From a virus, in the IMG/VR virus record IMGVR_UViG_3300025133_000027, positions 1-64,000 of that record: DNA of 64,000 nucleotides; one strand, 5' to 3'. Positions 56,693 through 64,000 of the stretch are shown here, one piece after another (the first letter of the stretch is position 1; each line of letters begins with the position of its first letter). Made by a program: the position numbers and the translations under genes. Below the pieces are notes generated by a model. That model ran no database searches. It worked only from the letters and a program-made list of their open reading frames with translations, and was not told the DNA's origin.

Positions 56693-57628
56693 ATGAATAA
56701 TATAGAAGAAAGAGTACTTAGAACATATCTTAGAAAGAAGATTCTAAAAGAACTAAATAATAAGACATTTAGTGAAATAGAAGCTAGAAATAAAGAGAAT
56801 TTCATAAGAGATCATATAAAGGTCTTATTAGAAGAAGTAGGAACGGTACAAGGTAGATCTACTGGTATCAATGTGCTTGCTAACGTTCTAAAACAAATTA
56901 TTCCTATTGTAAAACAAGCTTATGAGCTTCTTACTACTTCTGATGAACAAAGAAAAAGTTTTAGAGCTCACATTATTCAGAACTCTATTAATACTCTAAT
57001 GAAAGTTGATGTATTATCGCCAAATACTGATGGTGGAGACCTTACCGAGCCTGTTAACCCTGAATTAGATCAGGAACCAGAGCTTCCTGAAGAAATGCCT
57101 CAAGAGACAACCCCTGAGCAAGATTTTGAAGTAGATAGTGATGAAGTAGATATTGTGGGAGGTATTGAAGATGAAGAACAGTCACTTCAGGAAGCTGCTA
57201 GCGTAGTTGTAGACCCTGATAACAATGTTCCCAATGTTGATGAGTCTGATGAAAGATTCATTGATATTGATAACTCTCAGAAAAAAATCGATGATAAGGG
57301 AAAACCAAAGGCTGATAAAATTGAGTTTGTTGATATTCAAGGAATGGATCAAACTGGTAAAGAACTTTCTCAGAAGACTATGGCTAAAATTCAAAAACAA
57401 ATTGCTGAAGCTTATGGTATGCTTTCACATATTGAAGATAGAAACCAATTTGCTGAGTATCTTGTTGCTAACCTAAAGCTTTATTTTGACCAATTTGACC
57501 AAGAAAACAATCCTGCTATTCCAGAACCACAATCTGATCAATATGACCAGATTAAATCAAGAACACAAGAACTCTCAGGCATGAATGAAAACATCGTGTT
57601 TGCAAAACTTATGAAGGCAATTGTTTGA
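56693..57628 (+). CDS. acidic hypothetical protein, probably structural or scaffold-like
   Basis: 311 aa; acidic linker; LxE motifs. Confidence 0.75.
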   Translation: MNNIEERVLRTYLRKKILKELNNKTFSEIEARNKENFIRDHIKVLLEEVGTVQGRSTGINVLANVLKQIIPIVKQAYELLTTSDEQRKSFRAHIIQNSINTLMKVDVLSPNTDGGDLTEPVNPELDQEPELPEEMPQETTPEQDFEVDSDEVDIVGGIEDEEQSLQEAASVVVDPDNNVPNVDESDERFIDIDNSQKKIDDKGKPKADKIEFVDIQGMDQTGKELSQKTMAKIQKQIAEAYGMLSHIEDRNQFAEYLVANLKLYFDQFDQENNPAIPEPQSDQYDQIKSRTQELSGMNENIVFAKLMKAIV

Positions 57629-58014
57629 ATAGTTTAATCGAAGAATTAAAGAATAAGGGACGTGTTGACAGTAATACTGTAGATATGATTTCATCTCTTA
57701 GCTTCGAGGAATTAATTGGAATAAAGATAGAGACAGTAGCTGCATTAGCTTGTGGAAAAGTATATGGGTTTAGATTAGCTCAGATACTTCCAAAAGTAAC
57801 TAAAGATGCAGTAATGAATTATATTGTTAGACAAAACATTACAAACAGAGCAGGCGGAATGCTCAGTGGATATAATGAGAATTATATCTCAAAGTATAAG
57901 AGCTTAATAAGAAAGCTTGAAAAGAACCCACATGAATCTCTATATGATTTAAACTGGGATCTAAATCCCTCAGTTGTAAAAGATGATCACCCGGTAGAGT
58001 CTGATGAAGCTTAA
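57625..58014 (+). CDS. hypothetical protein
   Basis: Coupled ORF. Confidence 0.65.
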   Translation: MNSLIEELKNKGRVDSNTVDMISSLSFEELIGIKIETVAALACGKVYGFRLAQILPKVTKDAVMNYIVRQNITNRAGGMLSGYNENYISKYKSLIRKLEKNPHESLYDLNWDLNPSVVKDDHPVESDEA

Positions 58015-58264
58015 GATTGGTAAATTCTATTTAATAAATGGGTTTAGAGTGTTTGAAACGAGGTGTAATTCATTTACAGATTCAATTTATTTAATACCAG
58101 AAAATCAGAATATATCAGAAAAAGCAATCTTTTATCTAGGAAAGACAGTAAGAGGCGACTCTAAGGAATATCATGAGTTTTACTATAAAAGTAAAATTAT
58201 GTTATTATCTGCTAGTTATGAAGGCAGGATAAGGAGCTTTGATGATTCCAATAGGACTAAATAG
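58004..58264 (+). CDS. hypothetical protein
   Basis: Coupled ORF. Confidence 0.6.
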   Translation: MKLKIGKFYLINGFRVFETRCNSFTDSIYLIPENQNISEKAIFYLGKTVRGDSKEYHEFYYKSKIMLLSASYEGRIRSFDDSNRTK

Positions 58265-58559
58265 ATTCATAGTTGAAGTTAATGAAATCTTGACACCCAA
58301 TAAGATTGAACTTCGCGGTCGAGAGTTTTACTTGAATAATAAGCCTACTAAGATATTTAATTATCCTGTTCATATACAAACTTTAGAATCTTCTTATAAA
58401 ATAGACCTATCAAAAAACGTTGTTTTGAACTTTCATGGTTTAAGTTACATTTTGTTTATGCAACTTTGCAGAAAGGTATATTTATTAGAGAACGAAGATG
58501 ATTACAAACTTCTTAGATTTAATAAATGGTTAAGAAGAATTTTATCTATGGAGAAATAA
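58239..58559 (+). CDS. hypothetical protein
   Basis: AAGGAG SD. Confidence 0.6.
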   Translation: MMIPIGLNRFIVEVNEILTPNKIELRGREFYLNNKPTKIFNYPVHIQTLESSYKIDLSKNVVLNFHGLSYILFMQLCRKVYLLENEDDYKLLRFNKWLRRILSMEK

Positions 58560-58560
58560 A

Positions 58561-59622
58561 ATGGCATTATGGGATATCGCAGATGCGGATACATCAAATT
58601 TACAAGTTTGGCTAGACAGTTCTGATGCTTCTACTATTACACAAGAAGTAACAACTGAAGATGATGATGATTACGGAACAAATAACATAGTTTCAGCTTG
58701 GGTTGATAAATCTAATAATGCTCATGAATTTGGATGGATTCCTCTTGGAGCCTATAAAACAACATACACAGAGATCAACGTAGGCCCTCTTGCTGGAACA
58801 TCTGCCATTAAGTTTGGTGGAGTTGACGGAGGCCAAAGAAAAGAATCATTTTTAACATCTTCGGTTACGCCTGCTTCTGGAGCCGGTGCTCGTACTGTTT
58901 TTACGGTTGTTGACAGATTAGAGACACATAGACCTGCCGATAGCCATAATTGGCGCACTATGTGGGGCTGGGGTTCTACTTCCGGCGACCAAGACGGAAA
59001 GTCATCATATGCACTGATGAGTGATAATGCGGCGGTTCCCGCAGCTTATGATAGCTATTTTATCGGCTATCATTATAATGAGTTTTACCCAAATGCAGGG
59101 CATAGAGAAATCAATACAGAACCACAAATGACTATATGTGAGTACGATGGTACAATAGATAGATTTTATTACAGATGTGAATCTTCACCCAGCACAAATA
59201 CAAAAACTCTTGATACTGGAACTTCAAATAAGCTAATATTGGGAGGTAGCAGCTTCTTAGATGGAGGCACTGACTATTTTTTATTAGAAATGATTATCTA
59301 CGATTCGGTCTTATCTGAAGAAGATCGTGTTAAGGTTGAGGGATACTTAGCTCATAAATGGGGATTCCAAAGTGATTTACCCGGTGATCATACTTGGAAA
59401 AACTCTGCTCCTACAAGTGGAGATGATGCCTTCCCTAATGCGGAAGAAGTAGTAACAACACCCAGGTATAATGAAACCTTTGTTGATTTAAAATTGTCTC
59501 AATTACCAAAACAATATGTTCGCGGAGCTGGACAAGAACATACAGTTCCTGTTAAGATGGGCATCAACGGACCAGGAAATCTTAGGGGCCGAACAACAGC
59601 GTATAAAGTTACGTCAAGCTAA
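58561..59622 (+). CDS. LamG/ConA-like virion protein
   Basis: LQVWLDSSD, W-DKS-N, E-IIYD--LS, VEGYLAHKWG. Confidence 0.75.
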   Translation: MALWDIADADTSNLQVWLDSSDASTITQEVTTEDDDDYGTNNIVSAWVDKSNNAHEFGWIPLGAYKTTYTEINVGPLAGTSAIKFGGVDGGQRKESFLTSSVTPASGAGARTVFTVVDRLETHRPADSHNWRTMWGWGSTSGDQDGKSSYALMSDNAAVPAAYDSYFIGYHYNEFYPNAGHREINTEPQMTICEYDGTIDRFYYRCESSPSTNTKTLDTGTSNKLILGGSSFLDGGTDYFLLEMIIYDSVLSEEDRVKVEGYLAHKWGFQSDLPGDHTWKNSAPTSGDDAFPNAEEVVTTPRYNETFVDLKLSQLPKQYVRGAGQEHTVPVKMGINGPGNLRGRTTAYKVTSS

Positions 59623-59653
59623 AAACCATAAGCCAAAGAAATAGGAGGATACT

Positions 59654-59836
59654 ATGGAGGCAGCAAGTAAAATAAAGAAGGGGCGGGCATGGAAGATTCA
59701 TGCACGCTTTTCTTCTTTTGAAGAAGCAGATAAGGTTCGCAAGAATCTAAAGGAGGATAAGACTTTAGAAGTTAAAGTCCACAAACAAGTAAAAGGTTTC
59801 GCAGTTAAGAAGCGTCTCCAAGAGGAGGCTGCATGA
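59654..59836 (+). CDS. small basic protein
   Basis: AGGAGG SD. Confidence 0.65.
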   Translation: MEAASKIKKGRAWKIHARFSSFEEADKVRKNLKEDKTLEVKVHKQVKGFAVKKRLQEEAA

Positions 59837-60864
59837 GATCTGATGTAATTATTGGTCTTCAATATGGAGACGAAGCTAAGGGTAAAGTAACTAGTGAAGT
59901 CTTAAATATGGTTCATTATGACTATGTTCTACGATTCAATGGCGGGTGCAACGCTGGTCACACAATTTATTATGAAGGTCAGAAATATATCACACATCAC
60001 ATACCCGCAGGTGTATTTCACGGTGTAAAATCGGTGATTGGCCCAGGGTGTGTTATAAATCTTGAGAAGCTTCTTGAAGAAATTAAGATGTTTCAAGATA
60101 ATGGCTTCGATTTGAGTAACTTGCTTTTTATTGATAAAAGAGCTCACATGATTCAAGCTGAACATTTGCGAGTAGACGGCGAAGATACGTGTATTGGTAC
60201 TACTAAATCAGGTAACGGGCCTGCCTATGCGGCTAAGGCAAATAGGACAGGGATACGCTTTGGAGATATTAAATACCTCAGTTCTGAGGTGGTGACTAGT
60301 CTTTTCGAGTTTAATCCTGAAATCGAAGTAGATGTATATGATCTACTCTATAGAGGCGACGTTCAAGTTCTTTGTGAGGGTGCTCAAGGCTTTTTCCTAG
60401 ACACTGATTGGGGTGATTATCCTTATGTGACTTCAAGCCACTGTGGGGTCGCTGGTGCCGTTCAGAACGGCATTCGTCATGATAGTATCGATACAGTTGT
60501 CGGCGTTGCTAAAGTGTATGAGACTTATGTTGGAGCAAAACAGTTTCAACCATCTGATGAAGTCTTTAACGAGCTACAACGAGTTGGAAATGAGATTGGT
60601 GCTACAACTGGTAGAACAAGACAGTGTAATTGGTTAAATCTAGACAACTTAAAGAAAGCAATCAGAATAAACGGAGTAAATAAGGTCATTCTTAACAAGA
60701 TTGACGTGTTACAAGAGCTTGACGTTTGGTCTCTGATAGAGGATGATGTAGTTGTCGATATGGGAAGCGAGAAAATCTTTAGGATGTATATCATTCACAA
60801 ACTTGTGAACTTAGGCATTAAAAAAGAAGCAATCTTCTTCTCGGGGAGTCCAGATAGAATATGA
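59833..60864 (+). CDS. purA: adenylosuccinate synthetase (short form)
   Basis: GLQYGDEAKGK, GG-NAGHT, GTT-SG-GPAY, EGAQG, YPYVTSS, GATTGR-R. Confidence 0.95.
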   Translation: MRSDVIIGLQYGDEAKGKVTSEVLNMVHYDYVLRFNGGCNAGHTIYYEGQKYITHHIPAGVFHGVKSVIGPGCVINLEKLLEEIKMFQDNGFDLSNLLFIDKRAHMIQAEHLRVDGEDTCIGTTKSGNGPAYAAKANRTGIRFGDIKYLSSEVVTSLFEFNPEIEVDVYDLLYRGDVQVLCEGAQGFFLDTDWGDYPYVTSSHCGVAGAVQNGIRHDSIDTVVGVAKVYETYVGAKQFQPSDEVFNELQRVGNEIGATTGRTRQCNWLNLDNLKKAIRINGVNKVILNKIDVLQELDVWSLIEDDVVVDMGSEKIFRMYIIHKLVNLGIKKEAIFFSGSPDRI

Positions 60865-61082
60865 GAGAATATAAAATACACGCTAGATGCAATAAGACTT
60901 CTAGTATAGTAGATAGAAATATAGAATTAAGGAACTTTGATTGTGCATACTTAGCAGGTATTAATATGATTAAGCAACTTAATACCAATGAGGATTCTGA
61001 ATATGAATTACTTGGAGTATATGAAATTTTATATAACGTTGAAAAGTACAAAAGCATTACAAAAAGGAGCAAAAATGCGTAA
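60861..61082 (+). CDS. hypothetical protein
   Basis: ATGA-coupled. Confidence 0.55.
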   Translation: MREYKIHARCNKTSSIVDRNIELRNFDCAYLAGINMIKQLNTNEDSEYELLGVYEILYNVEKYKSITKRSKNA

Positions 61083-61740
61083 AAGATATTGGGGTTCGAA
61101 GTCAGGAGCAGAAGAAAAGAGTTCAGCAGCACCAGAGGAAGCAATGGACCTTGGTGGAATGCCAATTTTAATGATGGGTGGTCCAGGTAGAGAAGAAATG
61201 CCTAAGCGACACTTAGAGGTTATCGATAATAAGATTTTTTATTATGGACCCATCACCCAAGAAGATATGCTACAGCTTAATAAAGCTATAGCTATGATGG
61301 ATAAGGATTTGCAGGTCTTTGAAATTAAGTATGATACTAAATCCCCACCAATTCAGTTGCACATAAACTCTGAGGGTGGCTCTATTCATGCTGCAATGTC
61401 AACAGTAGATGCCATTAGAGGGTGCAAGACCCCGGTTCATTCATATATTGATGGCTCTGCGGCCTCAGCCGGTACACTGATTTCTTGTGTTGCTGATAAA
61501 AGGTTTATGACAAAACACGCAATGATGCTTATCCATCAACTTTCTAGCGGTGTATGGGGAAAATATGATGATATTAAGGAAGAAGTAGAAAATCTTGATC
61601 TTACAATGAAAAACATCATGAATGTTTACAAGACCCATACATCTCTTTCAAAAAGAGAACTTAAAGCTCTGTTGTCAAAAGACATATGGTTAACGTCTGA
61701 AACTTGTCTAGAATATGGACTCGTTGACGAGATTATATAG
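61075..61740 (+). CDS. clpP: ClpP-like protease subunit
   Basis: LHINSEGGS, AASAG, MLIHQ, YGLVDEI; AAGGAG SD. Confidence 0.88.
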   Translation: MRKRYWGSKSGAEEKSSAAPEEAMDLGGMPILMMGGPGREEMPKRHLEVIDNKIFYYGPITQEDMLQLNKAIAMMDKDLQVFEIKYDTKSPPIQLHINSEGGSIHAAMSTVDAIRGCKTPVHSYIDGSAASAGTLISCVADKRFMTKHAMMLIHQLSSGVWGKYDDIKEEVENLDLTMKNIMNVYKTHTSLSKRELKALLSKDIWLTSETCLEYGLVDEII

Positions 61741-62041
61741 GAGGCACTTATGGACACATACGAAATATCTCTACCTGATGGAGTATGCCTTTCAGATGAT
61801 TGGTACGAGAAGCACACTCCATCACTATTAGGCGACTATGAAGCTGAGTATTATGAGGATGAATCCGAGGAGGACAGACTATATGAAGAAGATTAAAGAA
61901 ATTATCGAAGATATACAAATCAAAGAAGATTTAACTTTATCAGAAGTATTTAGAAAGTACCCTCATTTAGAAAAACTTCAAAAAGACGAGCTCTTTGAGA
62001 AGCAGAAGCTGAATGAGAAAAAACTTTTAAAAGGATAAAAA

Positions 62042-63367
62042 ATGAGTAAAACAATTTATGTGCTAGATACGAATGTTCTTATGACTGATTCGGAGGTCTT
62101 TACTAAGTTTGGAAGGAGTTCTTTAATAATTCCGTTCAAAGTTCTGGAAGAGCTTGATAAACATAAGAATAGGCAGGATAGCACTGGTGCCATGACCAGA
62201 AGGTCAACAAGGTTTCTTGATGAGCTGAGAAAGAAAGGTTCTCTTTATGATGGAGTCAGGATAGCTAAAGGAAAGGGTATCTTAAAAGTTGTTAACTCAG
62301 ACCCTTCGCTTCTAAATTCAGATCTAGACCCAACAAATCCAGATAATAGAATTTTATCAACTGTGCTTTCTGTGATGAAAGCAGAGCCGGGAGCGAAGGT
62401 TGTCCTAGTGTCCCTAGACATCAACCTGAGAGTTAAGTGTGATTCTCTGAAAATTAAAGTTCAGGACTATGAAGCAAATAAAGCAGTTAAAAGGACAAAC
62501 GAACTTTACTCTGGATCTTCGGAACGTCTTGTGGACGATCAGTTAATTGATCAGTTTTATTCTGGTGAAGAAATCTATCTCCAAAAAGAGGAAAAAGAAC
62601 TTTATCCAAATGAGTTCGTGATGTTGAGATCTTCATCAGATCCGAAAAAGACTGCTCTCTCTAGGTTTATTAATTATAACAAGCCACTGAGAAGAATCCC
62701 GTCAAAAGCGGAAGCCTATGAGATTAGACCTCGTAATAAAGAACAAGGCTATGCAATGGATTTACTACTTGACCCTAAAATCAAGTTAGTAACCATTATG
62801 GGCTCCGCAGGTAGTGGAAAAACTTTAGTTGCATTAGCTGCCGGAATGCATCAATCAATAGATTGTATGGAAAACGCAGGAAAAAAACTCCCTTATCGTA
62901 AATTAATTGTTTCAAGGCCTGTGCAGCCAATGGGTAAAGACATCGGTTATCTCCCAGGGACACTTGAAGAAAAGATGCTTCCTTGGTTAGCTCCGATTCA
63001 TGACAATCTTGAGTTTATTGTGGGGGATGCCCAGTATCTTGATACTTGGATCTCTAATGGATCAATTCAGATTGAAGCTTTGACTTATATTCGTGGACGT
63101 TCGATTGGTGAATCTTATATTATTATTGATGAGGCTCAAAACTTGTCAAAGCATGAAGTTAAAACAATTATTACTCGCATTGGCGAAGGAACAAAGATCG
63201 TTCTAACTGGAGACGTTGAGCAGATTGATGCAATGTATCTAGATGCTACAACTAACGGGCTTGCACATGCGATCGAATCTCTTAAAGAGTATGAAATCAC
63301 TGGACATATTACTCTACAAAAGGGTGAGCGTTCTGAAATTGCAACGATTGCGGCTAAGGTTCTATAA
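62042..63367 (+). CDS. phoH: PIN-PhoH (PhoH2-type) ATPase
   Basis: VLDTNV, D-NLR; GSAGSGKT, GYLPG--EEK, RGRS, DEAQN, GD--QID. Confidence 0.93.
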   Translation: MSKTIYVLDTNVLMTDSEVFTKFGRSSLIIPFKVLEELDKHKNRQDSTGAMTRRSTRFLDELRKKGSLYDGVRIAKGKGILKVVNSDPSLLNSDLDPTNPDNRILSTVLSVMKAEPGAKVVLVSLDINLRVKCDSLKIKVQDYEANKAVKRTNELYSGSSERLVDDQLIDQFYSGEEIYLQKEEKELYPNEFVMLRSSSDPKKTALSRFINYNKPLRRIPSKAEAYEIRPRNKEQGYAMDLLLDPKIKLVTIMGSAGSGKTLVALAAGMHQSIDCMENAGKKLPYRKLIVSRPVQPMGKDIGYLPGTLEEKMLPWLAPIHDNLEFIVGDAQYLDTWISNGSIQIEALTYIRGRSIGESYIIIDEAQNLSKHEVKTIITRIGEGTKIVLTGDVEQIDAMYLDATTNGLAHAIESLKEYEITGHITLQKGERSEIATIAAKVL

Positions 63368-64000
63368 TGAAAAAATATGTGCAGCAAACACAACTTGAGT
63401 CTTATAGAAAATTCGGATTAAGAATCCATAGTTGTGTTGCTGTGCTTATTAGCGACAATGTTATAGACGACTCAATTGCACATAGTATAGTTATGAGGAT
63501 CAAAAATAAGATCCCTAAAGAACTGCTATGTGCAATTGAGCGTATAAATTTCGGCTTATATAAGTTTGGTAGACGTGGGATAGCATCTAAATACATAGAT
63601 GGCACAATCTTCGTCCACATAGGTCCAGAAACTACAATTGAAAAGACATTGCAGGCAATAACTCATGAGTTATCACACGCTTTAGAGTTCTCGTTTCGTC
63701 AACATCTTAGTGATTTCAAGCTTAAACAGGAATTTGTATCTAAACGTAGAAGACTATTTGATTTATTAGAGAATGAATATAAAGATATAAAGAAGTTCAA
63801 TAACCGAAATTTAGATTACGATGGAGAATTAGATACATACTTGGCCAATAATATTGGCTTAGATAAGTTAGAGAGGTATACTCTTAAAATGTTTGTATCA
63901 CCCTATTCAGCGACTTGTTATAGTGAATATATCGCAGAAGGGTTCGAGAATTACTTACTGGGCGACCATAAGACACTTAGGTCTCTGTCACCAGTTTTAT
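63367..64000 (+). CDS. HExxH metallopeptidase-like protein (runs off the window)
   Basis: Open from ATG 63367 to the end; THELSH ... EYIAEGF. Confidence 0.75.
   Translation, partial: MKKYVQQTQLESYRKFGLRIHSCVAVLISDNVIDDSIAHSIVMRIKNKIPKELLCAIERINFGLYKFGRRGIASKYIDGTIFVHIGPETTIEKTLQAITHELSHALEFSFRQHLSDFKLKQEFVSKRRRLFDLLENEYKDIKKFNNRNLDYDGELDTYLANNIGLDKLERYTLKMFVSPYSATCYSEYIAEGFENYLLGDHKTLRSLSPVL

Noticed and set aside
1-64000. Stop-codon reassignment or eukaryotic giant-virus origin
   Set aside because: Long genes are intact in the standard code with all three stops used; SD sites, sigma70 promoters and peptidoglycan enzymes indicate a bacteriophage

Overview
This 64-kb window looks like part of a large (jumbo/huge) tailed bacteriophage genome using the standard bacterial code: T4 gp23-like capsid motifs, sigma70-type early promoters, Shine-Dalgarno sites, many tRNAs, and PhoH, ClpP, PurA and DNA ligase genes. 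It has four zones. (1) 1-14.5 kb, early and accessory genes: tandem HREDGPA-repeat genes, a ~0.9-kb GOLLD-like ncRNA, about 11 copies of a covarying pseudoknot RNA motif among tRNAs, a metallophosphoesterase, and an AAA+ / VWA-metallopeptidase pair. (2) ~14.8-25.7 kb, an island full of IHF-consensus-like sites and bracketed by two dense site arrays; it also holds non-canonical and armless tRNA-like RNAs, other structured RNAs and many tiny ORFs. (3) ~26-58 kb, mostly late-type genes carrying L/I-x-E motifs: carrier-cargo proteins, five minimal kinase domains and several peptidoglycan enzymes, interleaved with small genes whose products end in (K/R)YPVF. (4) 58-64 kb, metabolic genes. The best candidates for undescribed systems are the pseudoknot RNA family, the CCA-ended tRNA minihelices, the IHF-like site island, the carrier-cargo proteins and the YPVF-tail family. 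All calls were made by eye; no database search was run.
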